Part shown: piece by piece, positions 1-8,445 of the stretch
Numbering within the stretch: the first letter of the stretch is position 1
How the letters are laid out: every line of letters starts with the position of its first letter
Origin: Deltaproteobacteria bacterium
Lineage (GTDB): Bacteria > Desulfobacterota > Desulfobaccia > Desulfobaccales > 0-14-0-80-60-11
Length of the DNA stretch: 64,000 bases
Direction of reading: 5' to 3'
Assembly (NCBI GenBank): GCA_016875015.1
Contig: VGSJ01000004.1
Span: 4,084-68,083 of the forward strand
Notes under the pieces: generated by a model
Seen by the model: only the letters and a program-made list of their open reading frames with translations
The model's database searches: none
What the model was told of the DNA's origin: nothing
Translations under genes and position numbers: made by a program

Positions 1-1737
1 GGACCCGCGCCAGGATCGGCGAGGCGGGGGAATGCCGGGGATGAGGGCTCTGATAGCGCAGCAATGCATCTATCCGGCCTTGATAAACCTTGCCGTGGTA
101 GGCGTCCACGGTCACCACCTCCCCTTCGGGCAGCTCTGCCGCACCCAGCGCGTCCACCAGGGCCGGCACGCCATATTCCCTGGCCACCAGGGTCAGGTGG
201 CCGGTGGCCGAACCCATCTCGGCCAGCAGGGCGGCTATCCGGGGCAACAGCGGGGCCAGCTCCGGCGTAGTCCGGGGGACCACCAGCACCACCCCGGGAG
301 GCACCTCGGCCAGGCTGCGGTCGGGGCCCATAAGAAAGAGCGGCCCGGCGGCCACCCCGGGCGAGCCAACGTGCCCACCCAGGAGTACCCGGACCCCGGC
401 GGCGGCCTCCGCCATGCCCTGGGGGGGGCGCCGGGAATTATCGGCAGGCGGCAGGGGGCGGGATTGCACCACCTGGAGGTCCCCCTGTGCATCCTTGACC
501 CACTCCACACCATGGGGGCAGCCACCATGGGCCTCTAAACTCCGGGCATAAGACGAAAGGCGCTCCAGGTCGCTCGCCTCCAGCACCAGGGCCTCTACCA
601 GTTCCGGCGCCACCGGGCGCTTCTCCAGCCGGCCCTCCCGGACCTGGAGCAGGTGTTCTTTGCGGGCATAGCGGGCCTGGATCAGGCGGCCGTTCGCCTT
701 GGCTACCAGGTATTCATCGCCGGCCATCTTGCCGGCCACCAGGTCCGCGGCCAGACCCCAGGTGGCGCTGATCAAAAGGTTTTCCGGCGAACCGCCCGGA
801 TCCGAGGTTAACATGACCCCGGCGCTCCGGGCGGCCACCAGGCGCTGGATCAGGACCCCCATGGCAGCCTCTTCCAGAAGCAGACCCTGGAGTTTGAAGT
901 AAATAATGGCCCCCTCCCCGAACTGGCTGGCCAGCACCCGGCGCCAGCGGTCGGGGACTTCTTCCGGCGCCACCCCCAGGAAGGTCTCGTATTGGCCGGC
1001 AAAAGACGCGGCCATATCTTCCCGGCCCCCGCTGCTCCGCACCGTGAGCGTATGGTCCCCTGCCGGGGCCAGGCGCCGGGCTTCCTGGATGAGGGCGTCG
1101 GCGAGTTCCAGAGGAATTGGCTGGGCCAGGATCAGGTGCTGTAACTCCCGGGAAACTTGCCCCACCAGGGCTTCGCGCGCAAGGTCCAGGTTCTGCAGCC
1201 CGGACTTGAGCCGGGCCAGAAGCGTGCCGTCCCCGCCCGGCAGTTCCTGCTCCATGAAGAGCTTATAGGCCGAAAGGGTAGCCACCGCGCCGTCGGGTAC
1301 CGGCAGGCCCAACTGGTTTTTGACCCGGGCCAGATTGTCCGCCTTGCCTCCCAGGGCACCAGCAGCTCGGGGCTTGCGTCTTCAAGGCGCACGATCAGGG
1401 GGCTAGGGGGGAAGGGCGCCGCGTCTTCCAGGCGCTGATGGATGGCCTCTTTGATCCGGCCCCGGGCCACCTCCAACTCGGGGTACTTGCCCCCGGAAAT
1501 CTTCTGCAACGCCGCCACCAGAGAGGCAACATGCTGGTCCAGCAGCCAAATCCGGGAGTTGAGATAAGGGAGGTCCAGATCCTTTTGGCTCAAAAGCATC
1601 TCTTCCAGGTTGCCGATGAGGCCCATGACCTCGTTATTGTCAACCAATATCTGCTGGAAACCGCACCAGATCTCTCTCAACTTAGGGGAAGGGGCGTTGG
1701 CCCTCTTTTTGCGGCGGAAAAAATCAAACAGTCCCAT
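1..1737 (-). pseudogene. PEP/pyruvate-binding enzyme (PEP synthase-like: N-terminal extension, PPDK_N ATP-grasp, swivelling phospho-His domain). It is frame-disrupted and its 3' end lies outside the window.
   Basis: ORF 1132-1737(-) starts MGLFDFFRRKK. From about 1355 downward a different minus frame reads GGKADNLARVKNQLGLPVPDGAVATLSAYK (ATP-grasp GGKAxNL motif). Near 130-200 it reads IAALLAEMGSATGHLTLVAREYGVPALV (catalytic TGH). The two frames join only through a 1-nt shift inside about 1355-1368. Confidence 0.6.
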
Positions 1738-1943
1738 AGATTTTCCTGGTGGGATTTACCCAGATTGCTTTTAGCAAGATAATACTTTTCAGCTCAAAAG
1801 TAAGCTACTCAAAAGTAAGCTATTAAAAGGGGGTATCATTTCATTATAGCTGAAATTCATCGCCGGATAAGCCTCAAGTTCGATGCTTGCGAAAAAGTCA
1901 AAAATTCACTTTCTCCTTAGGGCTGAGCATTGCCACCGTTTTA

Positions 1944-2043
1944 TACCGTGTTCCCTTTGAAATGAAACAAACCATCCAGATAACCTATTGATATCTCCCG
2001 TAGGGGCGGGTTTCAAACCCGCCCCTACAAAACGAACACGGTA
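1944..2043 (-). mobile_element. 100-bp MITE, copy 1 (inverted relative to copies 2 and 3)
   Basis: TIRs are TACCGTGTTC(C/G) ... GAACACGGTA, with an internal palindrome GTAGGGGCGGGTTTGAAACCCGCCCCTAC. It is flanked by TTA (1941-1943) and TTA (2044-2046). It differs by 1-3 nt from the copies at 35721-35820 and 61702-61801. Confidence 0.85.
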
Positions 2044-2574
2044 TTACTCCTCCATGCCGGGATAGCTTACGGCATGCCTCAAGTGGCTCTGAAAATTCTC
2101 CCGATAGGCCCGGGTGAGGTCGGGCAGGTCATCCAGGATCAAGAGGTTTTCGGCGTTTTTGTTTTCAGCCGCCATGGTGAAATTAAAGGAGCCGGTAATC
2201 ACCACCCGGTTGTCGATAATCATGATTTTATTGTGGGCGATGGCGTGCTTGGCGTCGATGAACACGGGGATTCCCATGTTCTTCAAAAACGTGGCCGCGG
2301 AATATTTCTGGCTCCGGTTGGACTTATCCAAGACGGCGGTGATCCTGACGCCTCGCTTTTGGGCTCGAATCAACGCCTGGGCGATGGGCTGGCTGGTAAA
2401 TGAGTAGGCCTGGAGGAGGATCTCGGTTTTGGCCTGGTTAATCTCTATGAGGATGGCGTCGGTGCAGCCGCCGTTGGGGGAGAAGTAAACCCGGATAGAT
2501 CCGGCCTGGGCCAGGCCGCAGGTTGCCCCCAGGAACAGGATTAACCACAGGAGAGATAAAGCTTTTTTCTTCAT
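2044..2574 (-). CDS. Secreted phospholipase-D-family nuclease (Nuc-like, single HKD motif)
   Basis: 176 aa. Signal peptide MKKKALSLLWLILFLGATCGLAQA. HKD motif HNKIMIIDNRVVITGSFNFT. Confidence 0.85.
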   Translation of the reverse strand: MKKKALSLLWLILFLGATCGLAQAGSIRVYFSPNGGCTDAILIEINQAKTEILLQAYSFTSQPIAQALIRAQKRGVRITAVLDKSNRSQKYSAATFLKNMGIPVFIDAKHAIAHNKIMIIDNRVVITGSFNFTMAAENKNAENLLILDDLPDLTRAYRENFQSHLRHAVSYPGMEE

Positions 2575-2676
2575 AACAGGTCTCTGGTTGGGGAGGGGGC
2601 GCCAGCCTCCCGGCCAAGGCAGAATGATTTGATGCTGGTCGTAGTATCCGGTTAATCTTTCAACAGCCGCCGCCCC

Positions 2677-3495
2677 CTACCGCACCTGCATCCGGGGGCG
2701 GGGGACATTCACGCCGGGGCGCGGCGGCAGGGATTTTCCCTCGGCGCCAAGTCCCGGCAGCGGCCGGGGCGGACCGTCCCGCAGGGCCAGGACCCGGTAA
2801 CCGGGCACGGCGAAATTGATGTTCTGGCCTCTCACCTGCAACGTCGCGATGCCGATGACCTGCCCCGTCATATTCACCACCGGGCCGCCGCTGGAGCCGG
2901 GAGAAATGGGGGCCGAGATTTGCAGGAATTCCCCCCGGTCCCGGAGGGTGCGGATGGCCGACACCAGCCCCTCGGTCACGGTGCGTTCCAGTCCCAGGGG
3001 GCTGCCCAGCACCACCACGCGCTCCCCCACTTCCGGCCGGGCGCCGCTCACCGGCAGGTAATGGCGGGCGCCCCCGGGGAGGCTCACCACCAGCTTGACC
3101 AGATCGGCCTTGTCGTCGGCCGCCACCATCTCCGTCAGGGGGTACACTTCCCCCTGGGGCAGCTTCACTTCGGCCCGGGCCACCCCTTTGATGACGTGCA
3201 GATTGGTGATGAGGTGGCCTTGGGGGTCGACGAAGACGCCGCTGCCCAGGCGGATGACCTTGCCGGCGGCATTAAACCCGACCACGGTCACCACCGCGGG
3301 CAGCACCCGTTTAATCAGGTCGGGGAGACTGTCCTGGGCCCGGGCCGCGCCGAGACCGCCGGCCGACAATAACAGGAAGAGAACGACCGTCCAGGCCGTG
3401 CTCCGGTGCTTCACCATCAGACCCACCCTAACCGGAAATGGCTGCTGACCTTCCCGGCCCTTTTTGTTCATATCCGAGTTGTGGTCTTTTGGCAA
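2677..3495 (-). CDS. Trypsin-like serine protease (S1C/HtrA-like catalytic domain, no PDZ)
   Basis: Catalytic triad context: ITNLHV (His), DLVKL (Asp), SPGSSGGPVVN (Ser). A signal-like MVKHRSTAWTVVLFLLLSAGGLGAARA suggests the true start may be 3417. Confidence 0.8.
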   Translation of the reverse strand: MPKDHNSDMNKKGREGQQPFPVRVGLMVKHRSTAWTVVLFLLLSAGGLGAARAQDSLPDLIKRVLPAVVTVVGFNAAGKVIRLGSGVFVDPQGHLITNLHVIKGVARAEVKLPQGEVYPLTEMVAADDKADLVKLVVSLPGGARHYLPVSGARPEVGERVVVLGSPLGLERTVTEGLVSAIRTLRDRGEFLQISAPISPGSSGGPVVNMTGQVIGIATLQVRGQNINFAVPGYRVLALRDGPPRPLPGLGAEGKSLPPRPGVNVPRPRMQVR

Positions 3496-3627
3496 TTCAT
3501 TTCCCCGGCGATCAGGCCATGTTGAAGGTTCCGGGAAAATGGTAAGATTAAGGCAGACCGAAAAATGGGGCAGCCGCCCCCGGTCCTATCCCAAAGACGC
3601 TATTATACCCATTATCACTGAAGCGAC

Positions 3628-4761
3628 ATGCGCATCATCGGCCATCTCGATATGGACGCCTTTTTCGCGGCCATTGAAGAACGGGATCACCCGGAACTCA
3701 AGGGGCGGCCCCTGGTGGTGGGGGCCGACCCCGCGGGCGGCCAGGGCCGGGGGGTGGTGTCCACCGCCAACTATCCGGCCCGGGTCTACGGCATCCATTC
3801 GGGCCTGCCCATTTCCAAGGCCTGGCAGCTGGCCGAAGCCGCCCGGCGCCGGGGCCGGCCCGCCACGGTATTCGTGCGGGGCTCTCACCGGAAGTATGGC
3901 GAGGTCTCAGGACGAATCATGGCCATCCTGCGCCATTTCGCCCCGGTGGTGGAGGCAGCCGGTATCGATGAGGCCTATTTTGACCTGAGCTTCACCGGCG
4001 CCTATGACCGGGCCGCGGACCTGGCCCGGCAGATCAAGGCGGCAATTCTGGCCCAAGAAAGGCTCACCGCTTCCATCGGCATCGGTCCCAACAAGATGGT
4101 CGCCAAGATCGCCTCGGATTTTCATAAGCCCAACGGCTTGACCCTGGTCACGCCGGAAGAAGCCGAAGCCTTTCTGGCGCCTTTGGCCGTGCGCAAGATT
4201 CCCGGCATCGGCCCCAAGACCGAACAATCCCTGGCCCGCCTGGGCATCAAGACCGTCAAGGATTTAAAGAGGTTTACGCCGGAGGAACTCCGGGAAAGGT
4301 TCGGCAAGTGGGGCCCATCGCTCTACGAGCGGATTCGGGGCCGCCACGACAGCCCCCTGGTGACCTCGTGGGAGCCCAAATCCGTGGGGGAGCAGGAGAC
4401 CTTTGCCCAAGACACCCGGGACCTGGATTTCATCTTCTCCCGCCTCTGGGAGCTGTGCCGGGGCGTCTGGCAGCGCTTCCTCGCCGATGGCTTCAATACC
4501 TTCCGCACCGTGGTGGTCACGGTGCGCTTCGCGGACTTCGACACCTACTCCCGTTCCCACACCCGGAGTGAACCCGCCGCCTCGCTGCGCCTCTTAACCG
4601 TTGAAGCCATGAAACTCCTCATGCCTTTCCTGGACCGGCGGGAAAACCCCAAACATAAACTTATCCGCCTCATCGGGGTGCGGGTGGAGAAGCTGGGGAA
4701 GGATTTAGATAATAAATGTGCCCAAGCAGAGCTTGGGCAAAATTATCCGTCCCCAAGCTAA
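3628..4761 (+). CDS. dinB: DNA polymerase IV (Y-family)
   Basis: MRIIGHLDMDAFFAAIEERDHPELKGRPLVVG and IDEAYFDL motifs, 377 aa. The last ~15 codons run into a REP hairpin (4720-4738). Confidence 0.9.
   Translation: MRIIGHLDMDAFFAAIEERDHPELKGRPLVVGADPAGGQGRGVVSTANYPARVYGIHSGLPISKAWQLAEAARRRGRPATVFVRGSHRKYGEVSGRIMAILRHFAPVVEAAGIDEAYFDLSFTGAYDRAADLARQIKAAILAQERLTASIGIGPNKMVAKIASDFHKPNGLTLVTPEEAEAFLAPLAVRKIPGIGPKTEQSLARLGIKTVKDLKRFTPEELRERFGKWGPSLYERIRGRHDSPLVTSWEPKSVGEQETFAQDTRDLDFIFSRLWELCRGVWQRFLADGFNTFRTVVVTVRFADFDTYSRSHTRSEPAASLRLLTVEAMKLLMPFLDRRENPKHKLIRLIGVRVEKLGKDLDNKCAQAELGQNYPSPS
4720..4738. repeat. REP family C hairpin (CCCAAGC-N-GCTTGGG)
   Basis: The sequence gcccaagcagagcttgggc is a perfect short palindrome. 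The same core occurs at 17943, 37605, 37640, 38443, 38471 and 38653. Confidence 0.7.
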
Positions 4762-4815
4762 GTACGGAGGTTCACAAATACGGTAACGTAATTTCTTACT
4801 CCGTGAAGATCACTT

Positions 4816-4865
4816 CCCCCTCACCCTGACCCTTGTATCCAAACAGGGGGAGAGGGTCAGGGGGG
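4816..4865. repeat. REP family D palindrome (CCCCTCACCCT...AGGGTCAGGGG type)
   Basis: Sequence: cccctcaccctgacccttgtatccaaacagggggagagggtcaggggg. Related copies are at 7431-7474 and 7821-7860. Confidence 0.7.
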
Positions 4866-4922
4866 CGATATATGACGTTGGCGTATTTATGAAATCATAA
4901 GACTTAGGCGCTCCCCCATTCT

Positions 4923-5498
4923 TCAGCAGGTCTTGCAGCCCCGCCGGCGCTCGATGGACTCCACCACCCCGCGGTATTTTTCGTGGATCAGCTGGCGGTC
5001 GAACTCATACATCCGGGCCAGTAAGTCGGCCTGCTCGGCCTCGTTGAAGTAGGCCATGCACGGGATGAAGAAGTGCTGGTCCTCTTTGTCGATGTGCCGG
5101 GGGTAGAATTCCACCAGCTTTCCCATATACTCCATGAGATCGTTCAGCGCCCCGGGCTTTTCCAGGAGATAGGCTTCCTTGGCCCTGACCAGGCCGGCGG
5201 TGGCCTCCCGGCCCCAGGCATGCTCCCGGATCAAGTCATCCATGGTCTGCCGGTGCTCCGGGGCCAAATCTTTGCCCGCCAGGGCCTCGAACAGGAGTTC
5301 CTCCTCCTTGCCGTGGTGGCAGCGGTCGGCATAGGTGCGGATGAAGTCCGCCGCGGTGTCGATGAACACCGGGTCCACAAAGGCAAACTCCGGGTCCACC
5401 TCCATATTATCCTTGATCCGCTTGAACTCCCGAGCCATAAGGGTAAGCAGGCGTTCGATCAGGCGGTGTTCGATCATTAATGGTCCGATGGGTTGCAT
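4923..5498 (-). CDS. Hemerythrin-like (HHE cation-binding) domain protein
   Basis: MQPIGPLMIEHRLIERLL, CHHGKEEELLF and HIDKEDQHFF motifs. ATG at 5498 is preceded by AGAGGAA. The longer ORF to 5552 is probably an over-extension. Confidence 0.7.
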   Translation of the reverse strand: MQPIGPLMIEHRLIERLLTLMAREFKRIKDNMEVDPEFAFVDPVFIDTAADFIRTYADRCHHGKEEELLFEALAGKDLAPEHRQTMDDLIREHAWGREATAGLVRAKEAYLLEKPGALNDLMEYMGKLVEFYPRHIDKEDQHFFIPCMAYFNEAEQADLLARMYEFDRQLIHEKYRGVVESIERRRGCKTC

Positions 5499-5603
5499 TA
5501 TCTGATTCCTCTTTTTATGGCGGGCAGTGTCTACAGTTAACCGCCGATGCACGCCGATAAACCCGGATAATAAAATCCGCGTCCATCGGCGTTTATCGGC
5601 GGC

Positions 5604-6722
5604 TCAGATTTTGATCAGCTCGTACGCCCGGCTTCCCAGGCCCAGCTTCTCGGCGTATTCCAGCTGGATGGGCCAGTCTACCTGGGGATAAATCTCCTTG
5701 AACTTGTCGGCCCCGGGGCTCAGGTTCTCAAGACAGGATCCGGCCAGGCCAGGGCTGGCGAGCACCAGGTCGGCGCAGGCCTGGTCGATGGCCACCGGGT
5801 CCCGGGAGGCCACGATGCCGATGTCCCCCACGATGGGCAGGTCGTTGTGGCCGTAGCAGTCGCAGGCGGGAGAGACCTGGGTGATGAAGTTGACGAACAA
5901 GCCCCGGTCGCGCTTGGTCTGCATTACGCCGTAAGCGTATTCCATCATCTTCTTGAGAAACACCGGGATGGATTCGTTCCACTGGATCTGGATGTTGCCG
6001 TAAGGGCACACCAGGATGCATTCGGCGCAGCCCACGCACTTTTTGGGGTCAATCACCGCCTTTTCCGTTTCAAGGTTGATGCTGATGGCCTCCTGGGCGC
6101 AGTGGGCGATGCAGTCGCCGCAGCCGGTGCACTTCTTTGCCGTTACCTTGGGGGAGATGTTGGAGTGCTGGGAGAGCTTGCCTTTCCGGGAGGCGCAGCC
6201 CATCCCCAGGTTCTTGAGAGCGCCGCCGAACCCCGAGAGTTCGTGCAGCTTGAAATGGCTCAGGGTCACCAGGGCTTCGGCCTCCACGATGGCCTCGGCC
6301 AGGAACACGGTCTTGAATTGCTCGCCCTTGATCTTTACCTCCACTTCGGCCTTGCCGGTGAGGCCGTCGGCGATGACCAGGGGCGCCCGCACCACCGCGT
6401 AGGCAAAACCGTTTTCAATGGCGGTGGTGAGATGGCTGACGGACTCGCTCCGGGCGCCGACATACACGGTGTTGGCGTCGGTGAGGAAAGGCCGCCCCCC
6501 CAGGTCCCAAATCTTATCCACCACCTGGCGCACGTACAGGGGCCGGATGAAGGCGGTGTTGCCTTTCTCCCCGAAATGAAGCTTCACCGCAATGAGCGGG
6601 CGCTTCTTCTTGCGGTGAATGATGCTCTTGATATCCAGGGCGTCCAGCAGACGGCCGAATTTCTTAAAATTGGTCTCCTTGGCGGAGGCGCGGAGGTCCA
6701 TGAAGAAGACTTGGCTGGGCAT
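5604..6722 (-). CDS. DUF362-family protein with a 2x[4Fe-4S] ferredoxin insert
   Basis: 372 aa. Two ferredoxin motifs: CTGCGDCIAHC and CVGCAECILVCP. The N-terminal VKLHFGEKGNTAFIRP is typical of DUF362. Confidence 0.8.
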   Translation of the reverse strand: MPSQVFFMDLRASAKETNFKKFGRLLDALDIKSIIHRKKKRPLIAVKLHFGEKGNTAFIRPLYVRQVVDKIWDLGGRPFLTDANTVYVGARSESVSHLTTAIENGFAYAVVRAPLVIADGLTGKAEVEVKIKGEQFKTVFLAEAIVEAEALVTLSHFKLHELSGFGGALKNLGMGCASRKGKLSQHSNISPKVTAKKCTGCGDCIAHCAQEAISINLETEKAVIDPKKCVGCAECILVCPYGNIQIQWNESIPVFLKKMMEYAYGVMQTKRDRGLFVNFITQVSPACDCYGHNDLPIVGDIGIVASRDPVAIDQACADLVLASPGLAGSCLENLSPGADKFKEIYPQVDWPIQLEYAEKLGLGSRAYELIKI

Positions 6723-6740
6723 GGTTTTTCCCTTTTTATT

Positions 6741-6795
6741 TAGGGTGGGTACTGCCCACCATTACTAAACTATCGGCGGGCAGTGCCCGCCCTAC
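6741..6795. repeat. REP family A doublet (GTAGGG-YGGGCA-N-TGCCCRCC), inverted pair
   Basis: tagggtgggtactgcccacc at 6741-6760 and ggcgggcagtgcccgccctac at 6775-6795. The same unit occurs at 7907, 8380, 8421, 55905 and 56027. Confidence 0.8.
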
Positions 6796-6916
6796 ACGAC
6801 TGTCCATTTATATATTCCTGTCGCAATAATAATTAGTAAAAACCTAAATATTCCATATAGCGCGTTTATAAAATTTATTATTCACCAAAATTAACTTCAA
6901 TTCCTTCTCTCTTAAG

Positions 6917-7297
6917 TCAGAGTCGAGCCATCATTATTTCTCTCTCAGCGCCAACCAAAGCCACGAAAGGGTTACTTACTATCTTCCATTGCCATTTTTG
7001 AGAAATAGGCTCTATACCAAGTTCTAACATAGATAAAGCGAAGAAGCCGTACTTTGTTTTTTCATCCATTTGGTTGAGATGCTCATGGACTCTATCGGGT
7101 GAGTAACGACCATTTTGTTGTAAGATAAACAATGTATTATTAACAACTTGTGTCTGCAAGGTTATGGGTAACTGGTTATATGTAGCTTTTGCTACAAGAG
7201 CGTTCATTGCGGCACTATGCTTTTTAACGTTTCGTAAATATCTAAAGACAACGAAGATAGCGGTAATTATTGATGCAATAATTATTATAGTATTCAA
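6917..7297 (-). CDS. Hypothetical small membrane-anchored protein (AT-rich orphan)
   Basis: 126 aa with N-terminal TM NTIIIIASIITAIFVVF. TTG start is preceded at good spacing by GGGAGGAAAT. Local GC is far below that of neighbouring genes. I recognise no family. Confidence 0.45.
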   Translation of the reverse strand: MNTIIIIASIITAIFVVFRYLRNVKKHSAAMNALVAKATYNQLPITLQTQVVNNTLFILQQNGRYSPDRVHEHLNQMDEKTKYGFFALSMLELGIEPISQKWQWKIVSNPFVALVGAEREIMMARL

Positions 7298-7300
7298 TTA

Positions 7301-7409
7301 TATTTCCTCCCGCTTACTTTTCCTTTCACACTACCCTTGCCTCCCACGATAGTCATGACGGCCTTGCCTTTCAAGGTCCAACCGTGAAAGGGGCAATCGC
7401 GGCTTCGGA
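7301..7409 (-). pseudogene. Diverged relic of a dihydroorotase (pyrC) 3' end
   Basis: 7320-7409 aligns at roughly 80 percent identity with 8452-8541, the real pyrC 3' end. The minus strand reads [23 protein letters not shown], versus pyr[26 protein letters not shown], and is broken by an indel and stops. Confidence 0.65.
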
Positions 7410-7422
7410 ATAGCCTTACATC

Positions 7423-7812
7423 TCAAAGATTCCCCCTCTCCCCCGATGGGGGAGAGGGTTGGGGTGAGGGGGAATTCTGCTTGCCATTCGCCAAGATCTC
7501 AAAAATTGCCGTCAGAACCCCCTCGGTCTCCTGCAAGACCTCATTATTCCATAATCGAACAACCCGATACCCCATCTTATTTAAGTATGCCGAACGCTGG
7601 AGGTCCAGTGCCTCGTTTTCGGCATGTTGGCCGCCATCAACTTCAATGACCACATTTTTCTCTACACAGATAAAATCGACAATGAAAGGCCCCACCGGAT
7701 ATTGCCGCCTGAATTTCCAACCCCCAAGCTCTCGATTACGTAGATGACGCCAAAGCAATCTTTCGGCATCCGTCATTCGCTTCCGCAGGGTCCGGGCGCG
7801 CTGACTGGTCAC
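7423..7812 (-). CDS. DUF559 (Vsr-like) endonuclease-domain protein
   Basis: MTDAERLLWRHLRNR..FRRQYPVGPFIVDF..VIEVDGGQH signature. GTG start. The C-terminal tail NSPSPQPSPPSGERGNL is encoded by a REP-D copy. Confidence 0.85.
   Translation of the reverse strand: MTSQRARTLRKRMTDAERLLWRHLRNRELGGWKFRRQYPVGPFIVDFICVEKNVVIEVDGGQHAENEALDLQRSAYLNKMGYRVVRLWNNEVLQETEGVLTAIFEILANGKQNSPSPQPSPPSGERGNL
7431..7474. repeat. REP family D copy, forming the 3' tail of the DUF559 ORF
   Basis: Sequence tccccctctcccccgatgggggagagggttggggtgagggggaa. It is about 85 percent identical to the reverse complement of 7821-7860. Confidence 0.75.
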
Positions 7813-7820
7813 TCAAGCCA

Positions 7821-7860
7821 CCCCTCACCCTAACCCTCTCCCCTCGCAGGGGAGAGGGAG
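7821..7860. repeat. REP family D copy immediately upstream of the DUF559 start
   Basis: Sequence cccctcaccctaaccctctcccctcgcaggggagagggag, inverted relative to 7431-7474. Confidence 0.75.
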
Positions 7861-7906
7861 AAAAAGCAAAACCTCTCGACAAGTTATAAACTTTCCTCCC
7901 GGTAAT

Positions 7907-7927
7907 GTAGGGCGGGCACTGCCCGCC
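7907..7927. repeat. REP family A unit
   Basis: Sequence gtagggcgggcactgcccgcc. Confidence 0.8.
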
Positions 7928-7949
7928 GTTTTTATCTACCCCCACCACA

Positions 7950-8228
7950 TCAGGCGAGATCGTCCTCATCCTCCTCCCAGGGCAATTGCGGCAACGCCCT
8001 TAATGCCTTAATATACCCCGCTTCATCATAGATTCGGTTATCTCTTACCATCTCGTTGAGTTCGATAAGGACCACACACGCCACCATTTTCATGGTTTCT
8101 CGGTGAGAATAGCCTGCGGCCCTGAGCCTGTGGTAGGTTTGTTTGGTTTCCGGCGGGTTGTCCGCTTTCATCTGATTCTCAATAACTTCAAAAAGCGCTT
8201 CTCGTGCCGCTTTTCTATCACGTAACAT
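7950..8228 (-). CDS. DUF1841-like small protein (short form)
   Basis: 92 aa. IENQMKADNPPETKQTYHRLRAAGYSHRETMKMVACVV...YDEAGYIKALRAL resembles, from memory, the C-terminal half of DUF1841 proteins. Confidence 0.5.
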   Translation of the reverse strand: MLRDRKAAREALFEVIENQMKADNPPETKQTYHRLRAAGYSHRETMKMVACVVLIELNEMVRDNRIYDEAGYIKALRALPQLPWEEDEDDLA

Positions 8229-8379
8229 AGCCCAATCCTGTTAATATACTTCTATCATCTTCCGCCTAAGGCAAGAATTTGTAAAGTGTGTCTTACGCGC
8301 CAATATTATGCAGTCCGCATTTTAACAGGATTAATGGTGCGCGGTGCGCACCCTGAAAAACTGTTCGGATTAGAAGATC

Positions 8380-8441
8380 GGCGGGCAGTGCCCGCCCTAC
8401 ACTTCTCCATATCAAAGACCGGCGGGCAATGCCCGCCCTAC
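8380..8441. repeat. REP family A, two direct units abutting the pyrC stop
   Basis: ggcgggcagtgcccgccctac at 8380-8400 and ggcgggcaatgcccgccctac at 8421-8441. Confidence 0.8.
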
Positions 8442-8445
8442 ATTT

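Noticed and set aside
8380-8441. Possible CRISPR array, because of repeated 21-nt palindromic units
   Set aside because: There are only two adjacent units here. The other copies are dispersed singly or as inverted pairs, spacing is irregular, and no cas genes are present. They behave as REP elements, not CRISPR repeats.
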